Below are positions 17,630 through 26,806 of a stretch of DNA of 64,000 nucleotides, piece by piece. The position numbers and the translations under genes are program-made. Every line of letters begins with the position of its first letter. The first letter of the stretch is position 1. This DNA is from an uncultured Planctomycetales bacterium (lineage in GTDB: Bacteria > Omnitrophota > Gorgyraeia > Zapsychrales > JANLHA01), in the NCBI GenBank assembly GCA_964489065.1, contig CAZAXH010000003.1, positions 63,104-127,103 of the forward strand, read 5' to 3'. The notes beneath the pieces were generated by a model. That model did not search any database, was not told the DNA's origin, and saw nothing but the letters and a program-made list of their open reading frames with translations.

Positions 17630-17997
17630 CAGAACTCATTCGGATTTGGCTTTTCCTCCTCCAAGAGAAGGGCGTCTCCTTTTTCTGTTCGAGAAGAATC
17701 AATCACCCCAACGGGTAATTCTATTGCTTTTTTGGCCCGGAAAAAATACGGGCTTATTTGGAAGGGTTTAATATTTCTGACCAATCCTAAAACCTTATTA
17801 TTTTTATTAACAAAAATAACATCTATGGCAAAACGCATAAAAAGCATATGGATTTGCCGGCACTCTGTAATCACCAACCCTTCTTCTGGAGACAGGGATC
17901 CACGGTTAAGAAGGCCAACCAAACGAGATACAACCGTATCGGCTAACTGAGCCCGTTCGGCAATAAGTGTACCTTTTGTTTGATTAGTGATACGCAC
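17626..17997 (-). CDS. DUF192 family protein
   Basis: LIAERAQLADTVVSRLVGLLNRGSLSPEEGLVITECRQIHMLFMRFAIDVIFVNKNNKVLGLVRNIKPF matches the DUF192 pattern (GLm.r...G..l......iHm.fM.f.iDviF.d....v). Confidence 0.6.
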   Translation of the reverse strand: MRITNQTKGTLIAERAQLADTVVSRLVGLLNRGSLSPEEGLVITECRQIHMLFMRFAIDVIFVNKNNKVLGLVRNIKPFQISPYFFRAKKAIELPVGVIDSSRTEKGDALLLEEEKPNPNEFC

Positions 17998-20159
17998 TAG
18001 CTTTTGGAGGGTTTAGAAAACATCTGCTTATCAATAGAAAGCCCCATAGTCACAAAATCCTCAAAACTTTTCGGAATATACCCCGTTGCTTCATGATCAC
18101 CGATAATCGTTCCGTTTTCATCAATGCCTTTCTGATTAAAAATAAAAATATCCCGCAAATCCAAGGCATGGTCACTCGTCAGCCCAACAACTTCTGTTAT
18201 CCCGGTAATTTTCCTGGAGCCATCGGAAAATCTGGCCACGTGAACAATAAGGTCGATGGCCGAAGAGATCATGTCGTTAATGGCCCGCATCGGCAACTCA
18301 ATGCCACTTAGAAGAATCATAGAGCTCATACGAACCAAAACATCCCGGGTAGAATTAGCATGCAACGTGGTCATAGAACCGTCATGCCCCGTATTCATAG
18401 CCTGTAACATGTCCAGGACTTCTGGGCCTCGACATTCCCCAATAAGTATACGATCCGGCCGCATACGTAAAGAATTTATAAAAAGATCCCGAATAGTCAC
18501 GGCGCCCTTGCCTTCAATGTTCGTCGGACGGGACTCCAGCCGTCCCCAATGGCTCTTTTTCAGCCTTAATTCCGCAGCGTCCTCAATCGTAATAATACGT
18601 TCGTTATCCGGAATAAACTGTGAAATAACATTTAATAACGTGGTCTTCCCGGAACCGGTCCCGCCTGAAACAATTATATTTTTTCTCGCAAGAACACACG
18701 CCTGTAAAAATTCTCTCATGATCTTGCTGAAACTGCGATATTTTTGTTCCAGGTCTTCGACATCCAGTCTCTCTGCGCCGAATTTACGAATAGTGATCAT
18801 CGGACCATTTAAAGAAAGCGGAGGAATTATGGCGTTAAAACGGGACCCGTCCGGAAGGCGGGCGTCCACCATGGGGGTTGATTCATCAATGCGGCGCCCC
18901 AAAGGCGCGATAATACGGTCAATGATCGCCCGCATTTGCTGGTCGGAAACAAATTTTCTGTTCGTCAAAATAAGCTTCCCGTGTTTTTCAATATATAACT
19001 CATCTTTATTATTTCCCATAATATCCGAAACATCGGGATCAGCCAAAAACTCTTCTAGCGCCCCTAATCCCAAAGCCTCGTCAACAATTTCTTTTACCAG
19101 CCTCCGGCGTTCTTCGTGAGAAGAAATCATCGCCCCTTTCTCTTCAATAAGTAAATTGCTGACAATTTTCCTGGCGTCATCTTTCAATTCTGCCGCTTTA
19201 GCCGGATCGCTGAGGTTGTCGGGACTTAAATCCTCTATGTTAAGCCGGCTGACCAATTTTTCATGAATCCTTCTCTTTAAAGAAGTAATTTCATCCTCTT
19301 CTTTTGAAAAAACGCCTCCGGGAATATTTTGTGGCGTAATGCCAAATTTTTCCCAAAACTTACCCGGTTTATCTAGCCCTTCGGTGTTTCTTTCTTTTTC
19401 AATTTCAAAAGCCTGAACAAAAAGTTCTTCTTTCTTCAGGTCGTTCACCATCCGGCTAAAGGCTTCGGTGACAGGGCTCTTGGGCGAATCAATAATCACG
19501 GGAACCCCGCGATTTAAGGCCATGCCTACAGCGCGCCCATCCGAAGGAATACGAGAGAAGATTTCGCAGGCCAAAGCCGAACGGACCTCCTGCCAAGCAA
19601 CACCTCCCCGGCTTTCCGCGCGGTTTAAAATCAACTTAACCATTTTTAACGGAAAATGCAGACTCTGCAACATCTCTAAACACCACTTCACCTGATATAC
19701 GGCCAAAACATCGGGGGTTGCGACAAGAAAAATAACGTTACAGTGATCGAGCACCGTTAACATCGTTTCGCTGAACAATTTTCCAACATCAACAATGATA
19801 AAGTCGTAAACCTGCCCCACCTTTCTGAAAAAAGGTTTAATGTTTTCAGACGAGATATGTCCGGCTTGTTTGGCATGTAAAACGCCCGGAAGGAAATCCA
19901 GCCCGCTGGAATGAGAGCTGACGTATTTTTTGATAACTTCCGCATCTTCGCTTTTTTCTATTTCAGCCAATAAATTAACCAAGCTGTTTCGTGGCGCCAA
20001 ATTTAACATACGCGCCATGTCATGCGTAGCCTGAAAATCCATATCAAGCAACAAAACCCTCTTCCCCGACAAAGCTAACGCCGTTGCCATATTAACGCTG
20101 ACAAATGTTTTCCCAACACCGCCTTTATTGCTAAAAACACTGATTATTTTTGAACTCAT
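17997..20159 (-). CDS. tadZA: Fused Tad pilus ATPases: N-terminal TadZ/CpaE-like ParA/MinD-family domain plus C-terminal TadA/CpaF secretion ATPase
   Basis: N-terminus VFSNKGGVGKTFVSVNMATALALSGKRVLLLDMD (deviant Walker A); C-terminal half NIIVSGGTGSGKTTLLNVI, ITIEDAAELRL, TGHDGSMTTLHANS (CpaF/VirB11-type Walker A, Asp box, His box); 720 aa in a single ORF. Confidence 0.8.
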   Translation of the reverse strand: MSSKIISVFSNKGGVGKTFVSVNMATALALSGKRVLLLDMDFQATHDMARMLNLAPRNSLVNLLAEIEKSEDAEVIKKYVSSHSSGLDFLPGVLHAKQAGHISSENIKPFFRKVGQVYDFIIVDVGKLFSETMLTVLDHCNVIFLVATPDVLAVYQVKWCLEMLQSLHFPLKMVKLILNRAESRGGVAWQEVRSALACEIFSRIPSDGRAVGMALNRGVPVIIDSPKSPVTEAFSRMVNDLKKEELFVQAFEIEKERNTEGLDKPGKFWEKFGITPQNIPGGVFSKEEDEITSLKRRIHEKLVSRLNIEDLSPDNLSDPAKAAELKDDARKIVSNLLIEEKGAMISSHEERRRLVKEIVDEALGLGALEEFLADPDVSDIMGNNKDELYIEKHGKLILTNRKFVSDQQMRAIIDRIIAPLGRRIDESTPMVDARLPDGSRFNAIIPPLSLNGPMITIRKFGAERLDVEDLEQKYRSFSKIMREFLQACVLARKNIIVSGGTGSGKTTLLNVISQFIPDNERIITIEDAAELRLKKSHWGRLESRPTNIEGKGAVTIRDLFINSLRMRPDRILIGECRGPEVLDMLQAMNTGHDGSMTTLHANSTRDVLVRMSSMILLSGIELPMRAINDMISSAIDLIVHVARFSDGSRKITGITEVVGLTSDHALDLRDIFIFNQKGIDENGTIIGDHEATGYIPKSFEDFVTMGLSIDKQMFSKPSKS

Positions 20160-20356
20160 AGTCTTGTAAAATATAATTATGCTGTCGATTTTTAAAAATG
20201 TACTTTTAACTAATAGTTTTTAGTATACAAACGAAACATGCTTTTGGCAAGAATTCTTTGGAAGGAAATCAACACATCCCCCGCTGAAGAATGGCAAAAA
20301 AAGAATGCGGGTTTCTTCAACGGGGGATGTGTATTTTGTTTACAAAAACTACAAAT

Positions 20357-22363
20357 TTATTCCGATCCCGTCCCCTCTAAAACAGCTTCCTGGCTGTAAA
20401 CAATAGGGATGGTTACAACCAATTCTTCTAATTTCAGCGCTTCAGGGAAAGAAGAAAATGGGGCTAAAATACGCGCCGTATTAATTGCGTCTTTATCAAA
20501 AGCCTCGTGCCCGGAAGACGTCTGAACACGCGCATCATTAAGTGTCCCATCACTTAAAATAACCAACGAAAGAACCACCGTGCCTTCCCAACCTTGCTCT
20601 TTAGCTTCCATGGGGAACGAAATCGCCCGGGAAATTTTCTTTTGAATAGCTTGCACATATTCTGTAATCGCCTGGGACGTCGCATCGTCAATGCTTGCCC
20701 CTCCTTCAGGAGAAGTAGGCTCGGGCGAGGGTTCCTGTGGTTCCTGTTCCGCATCTGATTCGGGAACCTCCTCTGCCGGAAGATCGACCACCGATTCTTC
20801 CTCAAATCCAGCCGCCAGCTGGGACATATCGGCTTCTTCTGTTTCCATCGGTTCTGTTTTTTCCGCCATGGATTCTTCTCCGAAGGGCGACTCTTCCATT
20901 TCCTGCTCCGACAACTCTTCTGCCGGAACGTCCGCTTCCTCTGTTTCTTCTAAATCTTCAGCAAGGATGGCATCGATTTCATCTGATATAGAATCCAATT
21001 TTTCCAGAGAAGCGTCTTCCTCTTCGTCGGCCGCAATCTTGTCTTCAGGAACCACCGGCTGTGCCTGGGCTTCTTCTTGATATAAATCTTCCGCTATTGA
21101 ATATTTTTTACGAACTTCCTGGTTCTCAAGATTCATGTTTTTCTGCGTAACAATACGAGGCGTCAAAGAAATAACCACTTCCTGTTCCGTGTCCGTCGGC
21201 CAATTTTTGTTGCGGAACAAAAAGCCAATAATCGGGATCCTTCTCAGGAAAGGAACCCCGGTAACTGTTTCGGCTTTATTGTGCTTAATAAGCCCTGCCA
21301 GAACGATGGTCTGCCCATCATCCAAAAAAAGGATAGTGTCGGCGGTCCTGCTCGTAAAGGCCACGTTCTCCCCTACCGCGTTAGAGGCATCGATGTCTCT
21401 AATCCCGACATTTAACTTAACTTCTATCTTCTCCCCAACAATCTTTGGCGTAACCTTAACATCGATCCCATAAGAAGTATACTCAACATTCTCCTGGACG
21501 CTGGCGCCGCCGGTAGATGTTGTCGTGCTTCTTACCGGGATTTCCCCTCCGACCAGGAAAGATGCCGGCTCGTCGTTCTTAACCACGATGCTGGGTTTCG
21601 ATAAAACCCTGGCCTCTCCTTCCGCAATCAGCGCCGTCACAATGGCCTGAATAGCGGAAGTCCTTTGAAAATCTCCAATCTTAAACAAATCCTTAACGCT
21701 GCCGTCAAAAGTGGGCATTGTTTCTTCATAGGCAAAAATCATCCCGTCGCCGCCCGTGTTCCAGTCTATCCCCAAGGCCTTTTGTAAAGTCGTGTTCAGT
21801 TCAGAAATTTGCACATCAATCTGAATAAGGTCGCTGTATTCCTCAACGTAATTAAGCACATAATTTGAAAACGGGCCCAATATTTCTTCATAGGCTGCTT
21901 TTTTTTGATTAAGCACTGTCCCGGTTAAAATAATCTTTTGTTCAAAAATGTTTTTTTCCATTTTAACCGTCGACACGCCTATCGCGTCAAACAGCCTTTG
22001 CAGACGCGCCATAAGCGAATCCAGGTCCTCAGCTAAAACCCGAACAAAAACCTGCCGTTTTCCATATTCATCCCAGATAAACAGCTGTGTTTCCCCAACC
22101 GCTTGCCCCACGATCAGCAGCTCATCAATATCCGCATTCGCAATCTCAATAACCCCTGGTTTACTGATGGCGATCCTGGTCAGCTGATACACCTTTAACG
22201 AAATCAGATCCCCTTTATACAAATAGACATCCTGTGTCTCGGCAGAATCAAAAACATCCTGAACCTGAGCCAAGGCCGGATTTACGGAAAACTGAGATAA
22301 AATAAAACAAACAGCGAAAACACCCCTAACGATTAATTGTTTAGTACTAGTTATTTTGTGCAT
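20357..22363 (-). CDS. cpaC: Tad secretin (CpaC/RcpA family) with a C-terminal acidic low-complexity linker and a TonB C-terminal-like domain
   Basis: Secretin core ARVLSKPSIVVKNDEPASFLVGGEIPV...VISLTPRIV; acidic stretch EDLEETEEADVPAEELSEQEMEE...; C-terminal ISFPMEAKEQGWEGTVVLSLVILSDGTLNDARVQTSSGHEAFDKDAINTARILAPFSSFPE matches the TonB_C pattern (YP..A...g.eG.V.l.f.I..dG.v....v..SSG...lD.aAl.av...p.p). Confidence 0.8.
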   Translation of the reverse strand: MHKITSTKQLIVRGVFAVCFILSQFSVNPALAQVQDVFDSAETQDVYLYKGDLISLKVYQLTRIAISKPGVIEIANADIDELLIVGQAVGETQLFIWDEYGKRQVFVRVLAEDLDSLMARLQRLFDAIGVSTVKMEKNIFEQKIILTGTVLNQKKAAYEEILGPFSNYVLNYVEEYSDLIQIDVQISELNTTLQKALGIDWNTGGDGMIFAYEETMPTFDGSVKDLFKIGDFQRTSAIQAIVTALIAEGEARVLSKPSIVVKNDEPASFLVGGEIPVRSTTTSTGGASVQENVEYTSYGIDVKVTPKIVGEKIEVKLNVGIRDIDASNAVGENVAFTSRTADTILFLDDGQTIVLAGLIKHNKAETVTGVPFLRRIPIIGFLFRNKNWPTDTEQEVVISLTPRIVTQKNMNLENQEVRKKYSIAEDLYQEEAQAQPVVPEDKIAADEEEDASLEKLDSISDEIDAILAEDLEETEEADVPAEELSEQEMEESPFGEESMAEKTEPMETEEADMSQLAAGFEEESVVDLPAEEVPESDAEQEPQEPSPEPTSPEGGASIDDATSQAITEYVQAIQKKISRAISFPMEAKEQGWEGTVVLSLVILSDGTLNDARVQTSSGHEAFDKDAINTARILAPFSSFPEALKLEELVVTIPIVYSQEAVLEGTGSE

Positions 22364-22448
22364 ACAATCACTCCCTTGCCATCAGAATAATTTATCCGAA
22401 AAACCCCTCTAAGCTCAAATCATCGGGATGCTCTAAAATACCGACGTT

Positions 22449-23252
22449 TTAGAGGCTTCTGCCTCCCTGAAAGATTTGAATAAACGGCTTTACTTCATCA
22501 ACTCGACCGGTAGAAACAGGCTGTATAACCGCTCTTTCTTTAGGAATAATTAACTCCGTTCCTTGTTTTTCAAACACATAATCGGCTAATGCGCTCCAGG
22601 AAGCTGCCTGAATAATTTCGGTTTCCGTTTCAGCCGGAGCGCGGAGAATCAACTGCATTCTGCCGTGTTTTTCAATAAAAGACATTAAGCTGGCTTCTTC
22701 CGGAGTCAGCGCAAACGTAATATTAAGCGACCGTGCGGTCTGCTGTTGTTCATACCCGCCCGGCGCCTGGAGATTCGTTCCCACCGCCAATATCTGTATA
22801 TTCTGAAAAACCATCGACGACACGTTTTGTTCGCTGTTGGACACCGGATCAGGGATATCCATATGCGCAATTACGTCGATATAATCTCCGGGGTTGACCA
22901 ACCCGCCAACCGCAGACAAAGAATCAATCCGGACCGTATAAGCTCTTTTCCCTGCCGGGGTACGCAACGCCAAAGAGGATTTCGGCACCGCGGGCAACTC
23001 TGCCGGCTTTTGTTCCTGAACCTTGGTCGCCGTAGCCGCCTGCATGCTGGCCAGCTTCTGCATTTCCTTGCGCAAAGAATCAATCTCCCGCATCATAGGC
23101 TTGACTTTTTTATTTTCAAACTCCTCCGATATTTTGGCTGTTTCCTGGTCAACCCGGGTTTGAATATAGTGGCCAGTTCCAACAGAAGCCACAAGCCCGA
23201 GCCCGACAGCCAAAATAATAATGGCTATTTGTTTTTTGTTTTCTAAATTCAT
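22449..23252 (-). CDS. cpaB: Flp pilus assembly protein CpaB/RcpC
   Basis: N-terminal TM helix; SAF/CpaB-like region VRIDSLSAVGGLVNPGDYIDVIAHMD...ILAVGTNLQAP. Confidence 0.75.
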   Translation of the reverse strand: MNLENKKQIAIIILAVGLGLVASVGTGHYIQTRVDQETAKISEEFENKKVKPMMREIDSLRKEMQKLASMQAATATKVQEQKPAELPAVPKSSLALRTPAGKRAYTVRIDSLSAVGGLVNPGDYIDVIAHMDIPDPVSNSEQNVSSMVFQNIQILAVGTNLQAPGGYEQQQTARSLNITFALTPEEASLMSFIEKHGRMQLILRAPAETETEIIQAASWSALADYVFEKQGTELIIPKERAVIQPVSTGRVDEVKPFIQIFQGGRSL

Positions 23253-23256
23253 TTGC

Positions 23257-24264
23257 CTACTCCTCTAATAATTTTAAGTTAACTTGTATATCCGTCTGCT
23301 GTCTTATCTTTTCTAAATGCTCTAAAATAGCCTGTTGTTGTTTTAATAAAGTCAACCCTGTAATTATATCTTCCTTAATATCCTCGAGCTTCTGGGGCTC
23401 TCCGCCTTGTTTTTCTTCTAGTTTAACAATATAGTAGCCATTCGGCCCCTGGAAAACCCCACTCACATCGCCCACTTCCAACGCTTCTACAACCTTTTGC
23501 ATTTTTGGAAAGTCAAATTCTGATTTCAAGCCCAAATCCCCTTTTTGCCAGGCGGAGTTGCTTTTTGATTTCTCTTTCACCTTTTCAACAAAATCGGCCC
23601 CCTGATATAGCTCCACTAAAATCTGCTTCGCTTCCTCTTCTGTTTCTACAACAAGTTCTCGGATTCTCCACTGAGCTTGCTCAGTAAACTCTTCTTTATT
23701 CGCCTCATAGTATTCTTGGGCTTCCTCTTCTGTAACGGCAATCTCTTTTGTGAGTCGGCTGGCAACCTCCCTAACCAACAGTGTCCGACGAAATTCTTCA
23801 ACCGCCTCTGATATGTCTTTATCTTTAGCGATTCCTGAATTCTCGGCGTCCTGCACCAAAAGTTGTTGACGAATAAGTTCTTCCAATATCATTTTGTTCT
23901 GCTCCACATCAGCAGGATCATAATCCGGCACAACTTCTTTCAGGGCCGCCAGTCTTTCCTTAAATTCCTCTATAGTTAAAACCCAATTCCCCACCTTGGC
24001 TAAAACATTGCCAGAAACAGCAACTGAACCTGCAGTTTCCTGAGGATCGGGAGAAACAGGTTTTTTTTCTTCTGTTTGAGCAGGAGGGGCAACCGGCTGC
24101 TTAACCGGCGCGGTATTTTGTGCTAGCTGAACGACAGGCGTTGGTTTCGTTTTTACGCCCTGCGAATTATTGGTTTGTGATGACGATGTTTTTTCACACC
24201 CAAAAGCAAACACAAATAAAAAAAAGCCCACAACAACAGTTAATTTTTGTTTATTGAACGACAT
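23257..24264 (-). CDS. Lipoprotein peptidyl-prolyl cis-trans isomerase (SurA/PrsA-like, parvulin type)
   Basis: Lipobox FAFGC; SurA-N-like helical region, then rotamase-like KGDLGLKSEFDFPKMQKVVEALEVGDVSGVFQGPNGYYIVKLEE. Confidence 0.65.
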   Translation of the reverse strand: MSFNKQKLTVVVGFFLFVFAFGCEKTSSSQTNNSQGVKTKPTPVVQLAQNTAPVKQPVAPPAQTEEKKPVSPDPQETAGSVAVSGNVLAKVGNWVLTIEEFKERLAALKEVVPDYDPADVEQNKMILEELIRQQLLVQDAENSGIAKDKDISEAVEEFRRTLLVREVASRLTKEIAVTEEEAQEYYEANKEEFTEQAQWRIRELVVETEEEAKQILVELYQGADFVEKVKEKSKSNSAWQKGDLGLKSEFDFPKMQKVVEALEVGDVSGVFQGPNGYYIVKLEEKQGGEPQKLEDIKEDIITGLTLLKQQQAILEHLEKIRQQTDIQVNLKLLEE

Positions 24265-24388
24265 ATCTCCTCCTTAAGTTACTATGTTACAAATGTAAGT
24301 ATACCCTTTGAAATATCAAAAAACAAGCGCAAAGCCAATTTTTTTATTAATTAATTTTATTTATTTAATATTTATATTAATATTAATT

Positions 24389-25381
24389 TTATGTAAAATT
24401 AAATAATAATTTTTTAACAAACTTTTTTTCTTGCAACAATTCCTGTCGTGTATTTTCTATTTTTTCTTGCGCAAATGAACCATGCTCTATTCCTTGGACA
24501 ATGCTCCAATGAAGGCCGTCGGAACGAACCGGAAAGCCAAACACCAACTCTTTGTCAATGCCATAACTGCCGTCTGAAACGACAGCAACGGAAAAAAAGG
24601 CTCCTTCTTCCGTCGGATAAATTAAATTTTTTATTGTTTCCACAATGGCATTGGCGGCCGAGGCAGCAGAGGATAGGCCGCGAAACTTAAGAATTTCTGC
24701 CCCTCTTTTCTGAATTATATCAATAAAATCATTTTCTAGCCATTTAATATCAGAGATTACTGTACATAACGGTTTCTCTTGAATGACTCCATGATAAAAA
24801 TCCGGAAACTGTGTGGCAGAATGATTTCCCCAAACTGCAATATTTTTAATAAAAATGCTATCTGTATTGGCCTTAATAGCTAGCTGGGCTTCGGCTCTCT
24901 TTTGATCAAGCATCATAAGCGCAAAAAAATTTTTTTCCGAAATCCGCCTAGAAACGGATTTTGTAATGTAACAGTTTGTGTTGCAAGGATTTGCAACGAC
25001 CAAAATCTGGCAAGTTTTTTTTGCGTGCTGGTCAATGGCTTTCCCTTGCTCCAAAAAAATTTTTCCATTCCTTGTTAATAAATCGCTTCGCTCCATGCCG
25101 ATTTTCCTCGGCTCGCCCCCGAGGAGCACGGCCCAATCGGCATCACAAAAAGCATCTTGGACAGAATCTGTCATGGTTATAGATTTTAATCGCGGGAAAG
25201 CACAGTCCTGCAATTCCATAACCGTTCCTTTTAAAGCTTGCAAGGCGGATTCGACTTCTAATAAAGAAAGGTAAATATCGGTGTCTTGACCAAAGACGCC
25301 TCCCGAAGCAACCCTGAAAAGAAAAGCATACCCAATTTGTCCAGCCGCTCCAGTTATTGTTATTTTTACATTTTTTTGCAT
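24389..25381 (-). CDS. mdh: Malate dehydrogenase (NAD-dependent)
   Basis: ITGAAGQIGYAFLFRVASG, VVANPCNTNCYI, GNHSATQFPDF; 330 aa. Confidence 0.85.
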   Translation of the reverse strand: MQKNVKITITGAAGQIGYAFLFRVASGGVFGQDTDIYLSLLEVESALQALKGTVMELQDCAFPRLKSITMTDSVQDAFCDADWAVLLGGEPRKIGMERSDLLTRNGKIFLEQGKAIDQHAKKTCQILVVANPCNTNCYITKSVSRRISEKNFFALMMLDQKRAEAQLAIKANTDSIFIKNIAVWGNHSATQFPDFYHGVIQEKPLCTVISDIKWLENDFIDIIQKRGAEILKFRGLSSAASAANAIVETIKNLIYPTEEGAFFSVAVVSDGSYGIDKELVFGFPVRSDGLHWSIVQGIEHGSFAQEKIENTRQELLQEKKFVKKLLFNFT

Positions 25382-25407
25382 TTGTTTTTATAAAACAACA
25401 TAAACTA

Positions 25408-26229
25408 CTAAGTTTTTTTATTAATAAAACTTTTCCTTAATACTCCCGGCAATTTCGTCCTTGTCTTAAGGATGGTGCTCAAACCCAGCTCCGCATAAAT
25501 AATTTCTTCCTTGTAGGCTGAGGCCGCTGACAGAATTTCGCCCCAAGGAGAAAGAATCATGCTGTGCCCAAAACAAGTGGTCCCACATTCGTCTTTTCCC
25601 ACCTGGTTCGGGGCCACAACATACGTTAAATTCTCAATAGCCCGCGCTTTCAACAGCGGTTCCCAGTGGTGCTGTCCCGTCGTGTAAGTGAACGCTGACG
25701 GGATAAAAAAAGCATGACAGCCGGTTTGCGCATACTTGCGGTAATGCTCAGGAAAACGCAAATCAAAACAAATGCTCATACCGAAACACAGCTGGTCTAT
25801 TTTAAAGCTTCTTCTTTGGGTTCCCGGGAGAAACGTTTGGGTCTCATTGATTGTTTGGGCCCCAAGATTGGCCTCAAAAAGATGCCTTTTCCTATACTTG
25901 GCAATAATTTCTCCTCGGTGATCTATCGCTATTGATGTATTATACGCCTTGTCCAAGATACCAGAACGTTCATAGACCGATCCCGCCAAAATGGAAACCC
26001 GGTGCGTTTTTGCAAAATCTAATAAAGGCAAGGTAGAAGGGCCCGGGATGGTTTCAAAAACATGCTCTCGAATATCCCGAGTGTTCAAGAATCCCCGATA
26101 ATTAAAAATTTCCGGTAAAGCAATCAGCTTTACTTTTTTGCCAACGGCTTGTTTCAAGAAATCAAAGAGCTTGTTAAAATTCTTTTCCTTATGAGCCTGT
26201 GCACTGATTTGAATAACAGCAACTCGCAT
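25408..26229 (-). CDS. Carbon-nitrogen hydrolase (nitrilase superfamily)
   Basis: MRVAVIQISA...KLIALPEIFN...ICFDLRFPE (Glu-Lys-Cys triad context); 273 aa. Confidence 0.75.
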   Translation of the reverse strand: MRVAVIQISAQAHKEKNFNKLFDFLKQAVGKKVKLIALPEIFNYRGFLNTRDIREHVFETIPGPSTLPLLDFAKTHRVSILAGSVYERSGILDKAYNTSIAIDHRGEIIAKYRKRHLFEANLGAQTINETQTFLPGTQRRSFKIDQLCFGMSICFDLRFPEHYRKYAQTGCHAFFIPSAFTYTTGQHHWEPLLKARAIENLTYVVAPNQVGKDECGTTCFGHSMILSPWGEILSAASAYKEEIIYAELGLSTILKTRTKLPGVLRKSFINKKT

Positions 26230-26585
26230 TCCCCCGCGCTTTCTAATAGCATTTTTTGTTGATAAAAAACCCTATCTCCCGACGAGTTTAGGACGCATAA
26301 ACACAAGACGGCTCGTCCTTAAAGGCCGGTTTTTTTTCAAAGAAATAAACTGGATATTCCAGACAGCCTTGCTTAAATTCACCGGGAAAAAATATTCATC
26401 GATTCGGCGCAGCTTTAAGGGCTTTCCCATAGCATAAATATATAAGATGTTTAATTGCTTGAACATCTTTTTTTAGATTTTCTAACCGACCACGTTTGTA
26501 AGAAAGAATAGGCGGGAGACAACAATCAACAAAAAGTTCTGCAAGGCAGCTAATTTTGTAAAAAATGGAAGGTGCGGCCCCGAAG

Positions 26586-26612
26586 ATTAAAACGGGGCCT
26601 TCTCGGCCCCAT
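26586..26612 (-). terminator. Rho-independent terminator downstream of tRNA-Glu
   Basis: Minus-strand reading GGGGCCGAGAAGGCCCC followed by GTTTTAATCTT. Confidence 0.45.
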
Positions 26613-26620
26613 TTATTTAG

Positions 26621-26694
26621 CGACCCCAGCGGGATTTGAACCCGCGCTGCAAGCTTGAAAAGCTTGTGTCCTAACCAGGCTAGACGATGGGGTC
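26621..26694 (-). tRNA. tRNA-Glu (anticodon UUC)
   Basis: Minus-strand GACCCCATCGTCTAGCCTGGTTAGGACACAAGCTTTTCAAGCTTGCAGCGCGGGTTCAAATCCCGCTGGGGTCG; cloverleaf with anticodon loop TTTTCAA; closely resembles E. coli tRNA-Glu; CCA not encoded. Confidence 0.85.
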
Positions 26695-26806
26695 GACAGA
26701 TAAAAAGTCAAAATGTAATTTTACTATTATATTCTAGATTTCATCATGGTCAAGAAAAAAGACAGGCGGGGAAACGATCGCTAAGATTCGGAACTCGGCC
26801 AGCCCG

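Noticed and set aside
18256-19119. 287-aa plus-strand ORF
   Set aside because: Lies entirely antisense within the well-supported tadZ-tadA ATPase gene; Ser/Arg-rich shadow ORF
22746-23246. 166-aa plus-strand ORF
   Set aside because: Antisense to cpaB; Arg-rich shadow ORF
26272-26466. 64-aa minus ORF between the CN-hydrolase gene and tRNA-Glu
   Set aside because: No recognisable motif or RBS; region better explained by the tRNA terminator and promoter sequence
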